This document shows positions 17,740-29,310 of a stretch of DNA of 64,000 bases, in pieces. Numbering within the stretch: position 1 is the stretch's first letter; every line of letters begins with the position of its first letter. The position numbers were made by a program, and so were the translations under genes. The stretch comes from Microbotryum violaceum. Its lineage: Eukaryota. The notes below the pieces were generated by a model. The model was not told where the DNA came from. It worked only from the letters and a program-made list of their open reading frames with translations, and did not search any database. The stretch lies in assembly GCA_001244265.2 (NCBI GenBank), contig CDLV01000006.1, positions 744,001-808,000 of the forward strand. Reading direction: 5' to 3'.

Positions 17740-18665
17740 CTACAGACTGACCCGAGGATTGGTCAACCAATCGACCGAGGGGTCGGCGAGATGATCGTCG
17801 AAATCGCCGATCAGGGTCGAATCCCCCTGTTGGACGCGGGTCAGGGTTGTGGATAGGATGCTGGGATCGGATAAGATTAAGGAGGAGGAGGAGGAGGATG
17901 GAGGAAGTGGGTTGTAGGATTTGGAGGAGGGGGAATAGGTGTGAGCCTGTTGGTCGGGAAGAGAGTCAGGTTTTTCAAGTGAGGAGGGTGAGGTGGGGTC
18001 GGGTTTCGGGTTTCGGGACCCGGAAAGAGGTGAAGAACTGACGAGAAGCGGTAGTTGGGTCGTCGAGTCCAGATGCTCATTGTCGACCTGTGCAAATGCC
18101 AGAGGAGATAACCATTCAGAGAACGCGTCTCGGGAAGAATCTGCGCTCGAGCATCGAGAACTTACGACGAGGACGACGGCGGAAGGGAAGCGTGACCTCA
18201 ACTTGTCGGCGACGAGTTGCAAGGTCGGTGGTATTGAGAGGTCCGAGAGACGCGAGTTGGCGAGGTAGAGACCGACAAAGGTCGTTTCGGTTCGCTTGGA
18301 TTGGAGATGAAGGTCGGCCTGGGTGATGGAAAGGGGGGTTGTTGAAGGGAATGTGGGGTGAGCTCGAGTTCGAGAGGGATGGGAACTACGGCGAGAAAGG
18401 ATGGGCAGCTTACCATTTGGAGAGCGGCTTCCATCATGGGAGAGAGGGTTGTCCATTGGTGCAAGAGAGGGATGATATCGGTTATTGTGGTGAGCGCGGA
18501 CGAGGATGAGGACGAGGTGGACCCGACCAGGAGACCACAGACCGAGCAGGACGTGTACTTTGAGGCGTGCAGCACCAGCTTGAGGTACGCGAGGGGAGAG
18601 AGCGTGTACGAAGTCGGGGTCGAAGTCGAGGAGCCCGCGGAAGAGGTCACGGTTGAACGAGCCAT
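17740..18665 (-). CDS. EMC8: ER membrane protein complex subunit 8/9 (UPF0172)
   Basis: YTLSPLAYLKLVLHASKY..SVCGLLVG, DIIPLLH..TLSPMMEAALQM, VGLYLAN, LIGDFDDHLADPSVDWLTNP. Confidence 0.88.
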
Positions 18666-18830
18666 GGTGCGTGGTTGATGATACGTGGAGGAGGATGGCT
18701 GGCGTCCAGTTGCGCTCGGACTTGTCAGGACTTGTCAGAACTTGTCCCTCCGCGCGGCTCCGCTCGCTCTCCCACCAACCACGCGACCTCCTGACCGTTC
18801 CCCGCCCCCCGCTCCCATCACCCAGCCCTC

Positions 18831-20042
18831 AGTGAGCTGAAGCTGTCGAGAGCTTGAGATCCGGCACAGCACGCTGAACTGAACTTTTTCCGCTCTACCA
18901 GTGTCGTCGGCGTTTATGCAATGGGCAAAGTGAGCCGACCGAGCAGAGCTGATGCCGCCCCAATCGATTATCCAACCTCAATCTGTCGCGAGCGGAGCTG
19001 ACTCCCGTATTCTCAACCCACCTACGCGTCTCTTCCAGATCGCCCGAGGCTCGCAAATACTTTTTTTCGACCCATTTCTGGGGGTCAGTCATCTGGTTCA
19101 AGGTCCAAGTCGGATTCAGGATTCAGGACCGGCATCGAGGTCGTCGCTCGCGCCTCGGTCTCGGCTCGGCCTGGCGTAAAAGCCACTCCCCGCTTCGAGA
19201 TCACTGACTTCCTGCTCTGTTGAAATAGCCCGTTGGCCAACTGGGGTCTCCCCCTGGCCGCCCTGGCCGATCTGAGCGGCAAGGACCCCGAGTTTATCTC
19301 TGGCCCCATGACCGTCGCCCTGTCGTCTTACTCGCAAGTCCCCCCCCCCTCTCCCCTCCGGTGCATTCGAACGCGTCGAGTGCTAACTGCCTTTTGTACC
19401 CTTTGCCTCTCAACAGGATGGTCTTTATGCGATTCGGTCCGTCGACTGACTTTGTGTGATCGTAGCATGTGTCGCTAATCCTGGCGTGTCCTTTTCCCCC
19501 GACAGCCTGGAGAGTTCAGCCGAGAAATGTCAGTTCATCGACAGTCGAGATGCGAACTTTGCTTAAAGTACTAAACATTTCCATTTCCACAACACTCTCT
19601 AGTACCTCTTGTTCGCATGCGTAAGCCCCGGAAACTAACCATTGGAAGCACGCCAAGATGGGAAGAGGGCCTGATCCCAAACTCGGCCTTGTACACCTCG
19701 CACCTCTATGTATTTCGCACTCCTCTCTACAGCACGCAACCAACGCTACAGCACAACTGGCTCAAGGCTTCCGATTCATCAAATGTACGTGTTCAGAGGC
19801 GAATTGAGCGAACGAAATCCGAATGATCGAGACCTGACCGAAATCACGTATTCGTTCGTCTTCTGAACCACCGCAGACCACTGTCAGTTGTCCATTTCAG
19901 CGTTTCGAGGGGACCACAGACGCTCGCACAATCAAGTAGTCGAGCACGGGGACCGATGGGATGCTAACCTCTTTGTCTCCTCTTAGACTCGGGTGATAAA
20001 TCCCCCGTCGTCGAAGCCGCCAAGGATGCCGTCGGGAAATGA
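18831..20042 (+). CDS. MPC1: Mitochondrial pyruvate carrier 1, 10 coding exons
   Basis: Manual splicing gives [117 protein letters not shown], carrying the MPC1 signatures STHFWGP.ANWG and VQPRN.LLFACH. Confidence 0.95.
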
Positions 20043-20884
20043 GCAACCAAGATAGACAGCATGCGAGATAACCATGCTACGCCACGGAGGCGTCTCCCCC
20101 CTTCTCTCTGTGTTTGGTCGGGTCGGCAACTTCTCTCTTCCCGCACGCTTTCTGTAGACCGCTCTTCACTTTGTTTCAACCTTTCAGTTTCCTCCTCCTG
20201 GCTCTGGTAATTTCTGGATTGGCTCTTTTGCCTTGATATGAGAAATAATGATGTATACACAAATATAATCCAACTAAAAGGCAGGCGACGGACGGCAAAG
20301 ACAAAGGTAGGGGCATGGCGCGATGGCGAGTACGTCGCCCCTTTCCGGGGGCCCAGGCCGCTCCGGACTTTCCCGAATTAGACACCAGTCACAAAGTCTT
20401 CCCCCAGGCCTGAAGCTCCGAGCGCGCGTCTTGGACATGGGAAGAGTACCTGTATGTTCAAAATCTTCGTTCCCAAGTTACAAGACTTTGATTGCACGGT
20501 GCAAAATCAGCAGTACCGATGCTGAGAGCATACAGGCAGTCCGAGGCCCTGTTCCCAAAAGCTGTCAGGCGCGACTCGGGCCCGGGACGTGGATGTTTCA
20601 CAGCCATGTCTCACCCGTTGAAATGGAAAAATTGGAGCTTGCGTGTAGTATCCAACCGAGGCTCAGATTGGCTGATGAAAGGATGCGAAGTATAATCTAA
20701 CGCCCAAGACCAATGCAATTCGGCGGTCTGCAAGCAGGGTCTTGGTTATGCGCCATCATCATTCATAGCGCAGGAGGACCTTGCGATCGCCGCCCTGCCG
20801 ATCGGTGCCGTGGCGTGTGCGGTGGTCGCTGCCTCGTCTCTCTCGTCGTCGTCGCAGCGTTCGGGCTTTAGGGGACCCATCGAT

Positions 20885-21623
20885 ATGCCCCTCGATTTTC
20901 GCTTGCTTCTTATCCTCGCCGCCCTCGGCGCGCTCTACTTGTTGCCCTCTGATGTGTCGGCCGACTTCACCGAAACGAGCGAGGGCCCCGGCGAGGAATC
21001 GTCGGGCTCGGAATCTGGATCCAAATCCGAGATGGCCGCGCGAAAGGCTTATACACCCACGACGTTCTTACCCGGCCAGGTCATTGAGCCCGTCTACAAC
21101 TCGAGTCTGAAGGTGGGTAAGCGGTTTCGGTACAGCTACTTGCCGCTCTACGAATCGACGGAGTACATCTCCGTCACGCTCGCGGTGCAGCATCGTCGCG
21201 AAGAGGCTCGAGCGACTGCCGGCGAGGGGTTCACCAACTATACCGTAAGGCACTCCTTCGAGCGGATCTGCACGACCGAGTGATTAAAAGCTCTTTGCTA
21301 ATTCTTGCGCTCGTCTGCATGTCTACTGCCTCCACCACCACAGTTGACGAGCTGTCTCGCGCGAGATGCATCGGACACCGGTAGCGGCGGCCGATTGCAG
21401 AGCTGGTTCTTGGTCCCCCAAAACGCTTTGCCGAGCGATGATGGGACTTACTTCTCCTTCGTGAGTAGGTTATCTTGGGGACACCTAGACAAAGTAAACG
21501 TAGGCTGAGGAGGAATTGCCTACCTTGTCTCCATGCGGACAGATCGAGACGGTCGAACTTCAGTCCAAGTCAAGCCACGACGATGGGCTCCATAATTATT
21601 CGGTCGAGGTCAAGCTGGTTTAA
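20885..21623 (+). CDS. Small secreted protein, paralog A (3 exons)
   Basis: Signal peptide MPLDFRLLLILAALGALYLL; GT-AG introns join to ...SVEVKLV*; colinear with 22500-23240. Confidence 0.75.
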
Positions 21624-22499
21624 AAGTAATTGTTCAAAATTTAGTTACGGTGTATCTCGGGGTAACATAGATGTGGTGTAAGCTCTTGCTCTTCTCTTAG
21701 AAGTAATGCGACGTGTACGAGCCAGCCAGATCTGGCCTGTTCACACTCAGCTGTGGCGGCGTAACAATAGTTCCGACGTAATCTTTCAAGGGTGGGTCAG
21801 TACTGCGTGCTACCTATAGCTGGCAACACAGATCCGTGGGGAGGTAGGTGCGCGCTCTTTCACGAAGGTCCTTGCCAATTTCCCTCGACGGCGGTGAAGC
21901 CTCGCCGCTGTGGCAGGGGGACCGGCTCTGGCAGCGCATACAGTCAGTCAAGCTACCACCCGGCCTGGCCCCAGACGAGTCGCGCCTTACGCCATCCCAG
22001 CATTGCGGCGCGCACCGCCCCTTCTCCTTTGGTGGGCCCCAAACTTTGTCGCGCTAGCGCCTGCAACGGGCCGGCAGGCGGCGGCACCACCTTGCGGCCC
22101 TGCGCCCTACTGCTTCATGACCTAATCATTCTGGCCGAGGTGCTCATCCCCTTACGTCAAGGTATGGTGTTCACAGGGACTAGCACGTCCAGTCAGGATG
22201 TTGGAGTATTCCAAACGTCATATAGTTAAGTTCTCACATTCCCCGCTCGGGCTGTGTACATTTTTCGTTCTTTCGAGGGCTCCCAAGGCGCGACATGCCG
22301 TCAGTGAAAGGGGTTAATGACCGCACCGGTCGAGTTCGCCCAATATCTCCGATCTTCTCGGGGACGCGCTAGGCATACGCAATGCGCCGGACCGTTGGAG
22401 TTCTTCTTCCCCTCCTCCACATCACTTGCCTCTGACCAGCTCGAAAATCCCCCGCTCTCATTCAGCTCTACTACTACTGCCTTCAAACCTGCCACCACG

Positions 22500-23240
22500 A
22501 TGATGTACCTTCAACTCGCGACCGGGCTCATCCTCTCGACACTCGGGATGCTCTCGACGACGACGTCGTCATCATCGTCGCTCGTCGCAGCCGTGCCGGT
22601 CGCCCCCCTCGTCGCTCCCCGCGCCACCGCTCTCACCTCTCGCAATTTCGGAGCCCCACCCTCGCACGGTCAAATCCTCTCCCCTTCACCGAACGCGACC
22701 CTGACCGTAGGTCAAGCGTTCAACTTTACCTACTCGACGTGGAACAATACGATCGCGGGGGTCGTGTATGACGCGACGCAGTACGTTCGTGTGAACCTCG
22801 TCACGTACGAAGGGAGGGAACCTCAAGGCGCGGACGAACCCGCGAGTAGTTACAATGTGAGTTTCTTTTGCGTCGGGAAAAAAGGGGTGTTCGGTCAAAC
22901 AAATTTTGGTGGCTCATTTTTCGTCCTCGCGTTACTTTTTGGATCAAGTTAACGAGCTACCTTGCGCCCGATCCGTCCGCCGGCGACGGGGCGCCCCTCT
23001 CGGTCTTTTTCCACATCCCGCAAGACGCGATTCCGGCCAACAGCACCGATACCCAATATTTCACCTACGTGAGTCGTCCTTTCCTCCCTGTTCTTTCACA
23101 CTCGAGAGAGAAAAACTTAACCCTCCTCTTCTTCTTCCTCAATGCAGCTCGAAACGGCGGAATACCAAGTCGGGTCAGCGACTTGGAACGCCGATGGCAG
23201 TCCTTACCTTTCCTCGGTGGAGATCAAGTTGACCGCCTGA
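22500..23240 (+). CDS. Small secreted protein, paralog B (3 exons)
   Basis: Signal peptide MMYLQLATGLILSTLGML; N-glycosylation sequons (NAT, NFT, NNT, NST); ends SVEIKLTA*; same intron positions as paralog A. Confidence 0.78.
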
Positions 23241-23784
23241 CGGATCGTATGCGATGGCGTGGATATGGTCTTAAACCTCCCTCTTATGATCTTTTGTGTA
23301 TCACTGTTTACATTCCAACCCCTTACCCCGGATCGATGTGTAGCTTATATAACCTCGCGATCTCGATAATTGACACTTGAACATTGACTTGGCAAAGCGC
23401 GAAGATCAGCCATGGCGGTGAGGTCAAGTGGTGTGTGGTCTTTCTAGCCGTTCGTCGAGTTCGTCGTCGCATTGGCTTCAAGCAGGAATGCCCGACATAT
23501 GCTCCATCCACCACCGACGAGCCCTCTTAACACTACTGATGATTGATGGTGACGAGATCTTTTTCTCGTTCCAAACACACAAAAAGAGACAGCCTAGTCA
23601 ACTCCTGCCATCGTTCAACACTTCCCACAACACCCGTCTCAAGCAAGAATCCATAAGCGGTCCCCAAAACCTCAATTTCTCTCCTTGTCTTTCTTCCCGT
23701 CCTTTTTTGGGGGGTTGTGAATGCGTAGGAATGGTCGGAGATCCGGAGAAGAAGACGGTAGATCGATGGTTCTGTGTCGCGCGT

Positions 23785-24616
23785 TTAGATGACGGTCGAG
23801 GCGTTGGAAGCGATCTGTGAAGGCGAACAGGTGGGATGAGTATCGTGTGACGTCGTGATTTTGCGTTCGGAAAGAGATGGACTTACACGGGGCCACAGGT
23901 CGGCGCACTCCTTGGCGACCGGGCCAGCGATGGCGGAACCCTTCATCTCACCCTTGGGGTTGACTGCAAACGAACAGACGCAGACGACAATGAGCATCCC
24001 GTCCTTCACTTCTCCAAAACTCGAGACTGACCAATGACACCGGCGTTGTCCTCGAAGTAGAGGAAGACACCGTCGCGGCGGCGCCATGCCTTGCGTTGAC
24101 GGACGACGATGGCGGGGTGGACCTTCTTTCGGAGATCGGGCTTACCCTTCTTGACGGTAGCCATGACCATGTCTGTACGAGTTGATACGTGGGGAGACGA
24201 TGAGTTTCTCTGCGCAAGACTGCGAGTCGAGTTGGGGCCGACAGCTGGGCTGGGTGCTTACCTCCGGCGGAGGCGGCGGGAAGTCGGTTGAGACGGGCAC
24301 CGAATCGAGCGACGGAGATGACCTGGTGATGTATGAGGATGTGATAAAGGGTCAGAACATCGTCGCGTGCAATGGTATCGTCCCGTCAGATGCTGCAGCT
24401 GCTCGAGAATTGCCCGTGCTCCGCTAGCCCATCCCTCGCGGTATGTTTCCTTCCACGCGACTCTCATATGCCGCAAGCATACGATGGCTGTATACTCACG
24501 TAAAGGTTCTTGGCGCCCGAGTTATCGGCGCAGTTCATGACGGCTCCGACGGGCAAGGCGAGGGTCATGCGGAACTTGTTACCGGCCGATCCACCGCGTC
24601 CTCGTCCAGATCCCAT
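23785..24616 (-). CDS. RPL23: 60S ribosomal protein uL14 (L23)
   Basis: [95 protein letters not shown]. Confidence 0.98.
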
Positions 24617-25000
24617 TGTGGCTGATTAAAGAATAAGGTCGGGGGTGAAGAAAAGGGGGGGTGATGAGCAGAGTTGGTTGTCGAGAGGCGGATGACTGTT
24701 GGTAGAGAGACACGACAGAGGAAAGAGGGAAGGACGCAATGCGAGGGTCAGTTGTTGTACTCTGGGAAGGGTGCGATCGAGTTGTGTGGTGCGAGTCGTT
24801 GGAACGATGTTGACGATGTTGACGATGTTGACGATGGTGCGGGGGTGTCGGTGATGGTTTTGGATGGAGCGTGTGACTCTTTGCGGTGATGAAGGGCGGG
24901 CAAAGCGTGTGGCCCGTCGTCGTCGTCGTCGTCTCCGCGCCTGATGAAAAAAAGCGTCGTCGCGCGGGTGGGCGATTGCAGGCGTGCAGCGAAGGCGGCA

Positions 25001-25040
25001 GGCGGTCAGGCGGTCAGGCGGTCAGGCGGTCAGGCGGTCA
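25001..25040. repeat. Tandem 8-mer (GGCGGTCA)x5 in the RPL23 leader region
   Basis: Five exact copies visible; reads (CCTGACCG)n on the RPL23 sense strand. Confidence 0.95.
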
Positions 25041-25452
25041 GGCAGCAGGCGTGCAGCAACAACGACCAACGAGGCAGTACAACCCGGTCATGGTCCGAGG
25101 TCGAGCAGGTCCCCCAACAACGCCACCAAGAGTTGGTCAACTTACGGGCGAGTGGGTGTCGTGAGCGGTCGACAATGCTGTAGGAGACCAGGTCGTTTCA
25201 GCAGGTGGCCGTCGACTCGGGATTCGATTCTCCCGCCGCCAGTCACGCGGCCGGCCTGGCAATTTTGGCCGGTGGCGAGCGGTGGAGAGGCGGTTGTTGA
25301 GCTCGGACCCATTTGTACGCCGCCCTTCGCAAGGCTCGGATTTCCCCCACTCGCCCGGCTCTCATCAGGCTGATCATCTTCGCACCGTTGCCTTTAACCT
25401 AACTCCCCCAGCTGTCACCAGAACATCCTTGGAACCGCGCTCTCTCACCACC

Positions 25453-26727
25453 ATGGCAGCCCACCGCTCGGCCTCACCGGCTAGATCGGATGCCTCGGGC
25501 AGCTCCTCCGCCGATTTCGCCTTTGACTTTATGCAAGGCAAGGTGCAAGCCTACCGAGCTCGTACTCCCGTCATCCTACTCACTCAAAAGCCTGAGCCTG
25601 TCTGTGCACAGAACCCGAATCGTTCCGACCCAAGACACCCCCTCCGACGACGGCATCTTATACCCGTCGAGCGCTCGGAGGGCATGGACCCTTACAAGCG
25701 CCCGAGGAGGTTCAGGTTCGACTCGTTGGCGGGCATCCGCTATGGGGTACGTGCTAAAGCTGGCCGCTTGTAGACAGAAACCATTACACCCCGTACTGAT
25801 CAAAATCGCATCCCTTGCGCAGGTCATCTCCTCTACCCCGCCGCGATCGCCCTCGCGCGCTACCTCGAGACCCACGCACCTTCACTCCTCCACTCCTCCC
25901 CCAACGACTCCATTTCCGATCCCAAAGGAAAGCGAAAAGTTGAACCCAAGCGCATCATCGAACTAGGCGCAGGCGGTGGTCTACCCGCCCTCATCGCCGC
26001 GTTGGAAAGCGACCCTTCGACCAAAGTCATCATTTCGGACTACCCCGATCAAGATTTGGTCGACAACTTGCAGCACAACATTGCGTTGAACGGGTTCAGA
26101 GAAGACAAGATTCAGGCCAAGGGTTTCGCGTGGGGTCATTCTGTAGCACCTTTGATCAACGGTGTATGGGGGGATGAGCAAGGAGAGGGGGAAGAAAAAT
26201 TTGATGTGGTGCTCCTTTCGGACGTCGTCTTCAACCATTCCCAACATGGGGCTTTACTCGAGTCGTGCAAGGCCTTACTGAAATCTGCACCGCCCAAATT
26301 CGGTCGCTTGTCCGCATCATCAACATCATCCCTTCCCGTCCGACCAATCGACCTCACCCCTCCCGAATTGGACCTCCACTCCCCCCTCGTACTCTGCTTC
26401 TTCTCGCATCATCGCCCGACCGACATCCTCATCAAAGCCGACAATGGTCTGATGGAACTCGCCAAAACGAAAGGATGGATCGTCACCAAAGTATGGGAGG
26501 ATCCACATGCCGGGGTCAGTATTTCCTCGGCGCAGGCAGGATGAGCTTTCTTTGTACTGGAAAGCCAAGCTGACGTGGGTCTCTCTCTCTCTTGGTGGTG
26601 ATTCTATCTTGGATAGCCAGCCTTCCCGGAGGATAAAGGCGATTTGGCAATTAGAAGTACTGTGCATGGGTACGCATTCACTCGACCCTCCCCTTCTCCT
26701 ACAACGACATCGACAAGGGAGGCCTGA
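25453..26727 (+). CDS. EFM7: Protein N-terminal/lysine methyltransferase Efm7 (Nnt1)
   Basis: EPESFRPKTPPP, VRLVGGHPLWGHLLYPAA, IIELGAGGGLP (SAM-binding motif I), ISDYPDQDL, FDVVLLSDVVFNHSQH, FFSHHRP, FPEDKGD. Confidence 0.9.
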
Positions 26728-26974
26728 TCGAGCGACTCGTTTGACTCGAGCGCGTATGGCCCTGTTCGTATCGCCAGAGTACGTGATGGATTGTCTTTGC
26801 AAAGAGGGAGACGGCTACAGAATGCAATGCTATACGTCGACCAGATGGAGAGCCCAATCGATCATCTTGGTGTGGAGACGAGAGACTCCTCGAGAGATCT
26901 CTGTGAAAAGACAAACGTCTACGGAAGACAACGATTTCTGCCTTTCGACGCGACCTTCTTTCCTTTCCTTCTCA

Positions 26975-28947
26975 TCAGCTCGGCGCGGCTCCCTCTCCGC
27001 CACCATTATTCTGCCCTCCACTCCCAATCTCACCCCCAGTCCCAGAACTAGATTCCCGAGCCGCTCCTCGAAGCCAGTTGACCGGATCCTCCGTCCCCGT
27101 CGGTAAAGGCAACCTACACTTCCTAAAACCCGCATGGTCCAACTGCGTAAAATCATCGACGTGTACGAGCTGCAAGAGGTACTTGGCGACGTAGACGAGT
27201 TCGCTGTCGTTCGCTCCGGATCGCATCGCGTCCTTGTACGCTTTGACGCGCAGACCATTGCGCGGGTTGATCGCGCTGTCGAAATGATCGACTCTCGTGA
27301 ACGTGAATTTCTGGGTTCTTTCTGCTGCTTGAACCCGAGCATAGGTACCTACAAATTTCGGGCCAGATCATCGACGTGGATCGTATTCAGCGACGAGTAG
27401 TAGGTGGGGAACTTGGCCCACAGGATCGGCAGTGCTTTCACCTGTTGTATGATTCCTGATCAGCTTTAGGAAAAAAAAATCAGAACCATCTGTTGGGTGC
27501 ATACCTCGTGCTTGTAAGGCTTTCCCTCGCGTTGCGAGTAGACGGAAAACATTGGCGTGCGGTCGAGCGTCGTGATGATGTTGTAGCGACCAGGCGCGCT
27601 CTCCCCGATGATCTGTGGAGGGAAGGCGAAGTCGCTTGAGCTCTTCGAGGCACTGAGGTTAGCAAGTGGTGTGCACTCACGTCAAGTTCTACTAGTTTGG
27701 TTTCTAGCCAACGCCAAGATGTTTGACTGTCGAACGAGCAGTCGGCAGAGGGAAAGTGAGTGATCGAAATGTTGAAGAGATCTGGATAAGAGCACCTACC
27801 TCCAAATGACAATGTCGTAGAATGGCGAGATGGCGCCGAGGAACTGATGAAGGTATGGCCGGGCAAAGTCTGAGCAGAGGGGAGGATCGCTCAGCAACTC
27901 TTTCGCGCACTACAGTAAACTCGGCCCAAGGTTTACGTACGAGACGCGACAAAATTCTCTTCCTTCCAGAGCGCTGAAATTGAAACCAAAAGAAAAGCGT
28001 GAGCTTTGTCGACTTTTTGGGGTCCGTAGAGAAGTTCTAGAGGCCCACCTGTATCGAGAATGCAATAGTCGAGATCCAGCACCAGCAGCTTCTTGCCTGC
28101 AACGAAGGAAACGCAGTCCGTGTTAGCCCTGTACGTTACCCCCAAGCGCTAAGGGACAGCTCGTAACGTACCAGCTCGGGGCGGATTCATCTCGTCAACG
28201 TTCAACGCCGCGATCGCGTGCTTCAGCTTGCGCATGTTTCGAACGTTTTGTGCAGCCTTGTATTCGGCCGAGCTGTAGTCGACGTCGAGCTCTTGTTCCC
28301 GGACCGTCGTCGGCCCCGCCATCTCCTTGTGCTCCTCCCCCTCCGGAGTACCAATCTGGTGGGTGGGTGGGTAGGTGTACGAGGGGTCGAAAGATCAGCA
28401 TGCAACGTTTCTCGAGGAGTGAAACGACTACATCCAAGAGTTTACCATCATGAACTCTTTGGGTTTCCCGTTGGGCGTGATGGACAAGCACGACTTGACC
28501 TCGACCTCGTCGCTCGGTAGCTTGCCCTTGACCAAACCGACGATCTTCTGGCGCTCGGGAGGGACCGAGGTCATGGTCGAGATGGTGAGTTTGAGATCGC
28601 CTACGGTATCACTTTCCACGACAGTCAGGTCGTACTGCAAGGATAGATTGGGAGCGGACCGGAGCGGAGTTGAGTCAGTTCTCCCGGGCTGGTGCCAGGA
28701 GTCCGAGTCGTCGAGTTCCCAGGACTCCAACCAGTCGAGATCTCACTTTTTTGCCTTTCCACCCCATGATCAAGATGTACACGACCTCGGAAGGAAGATT
28801 GAGTAGCTCGGCTTGGTCGAACGGTCCCGCTGCAGCTTGGGTGACGGACACGTCCACCGTGTGGGGGGGAGGAACGTCGAGAGGGGCGTTCGATCGCTCC
28901 ATGGGTACGGCGATCGTCGTTGTCTCTGGTCGGGTCGGGTCTGCCAT
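26975..28947 (-). CDS. UBLCP1: Ubiquitin-like domain-containing CTD phosphatase 1
   Basis: UBL domain (WKGKK|YDL..DTVGDLK..TSVPPERQKIVGL, MM|IGT), NPPRA|GKKLLVLDLDYCILD (HAD DxD), ARPYLHQFL, SQTSWRWLETKL, NTIHVDDLARN. Confidence 0.92.
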
Positions 28948-29310
28948 ACTTGGAGGCCAAACGGAGCGATGAGGGAGCGTGGGAGGGTGGATCTACGAAA
29001 GAAGAGAGGCAAGTGGTCGAGCGTCTCCGCCGGGACGACGATCGATCGGTCGCGAAGCGAGTGGCAGCGAGTGGGGGCACCCGCGGTCTGCTTATCCCCA
29101 GAGGCACTCGCCGAGAGCATCGATCAGCGCTCAGCGCTCACGTGGTCGAATGTGTAAAGGTGTGGAACATGATATTGGGTGTTATGACAATAATGTGATC
29201 ATCAAAAAAGCAACAACAGACGAAATCATGCCGTACTATGCTACAAATGTCATAAAAATATTGCTTCCTCCACCCGGTTTGGAAGAGCGAGAATGAAACG
29301 AAACCGTCGA

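Noticed and set aside
21792..22229. 145-aa ORF between the two secreted-protein genes
   Set aside because: No ATG start, no homology recognised, not similar to the flanking paralogs
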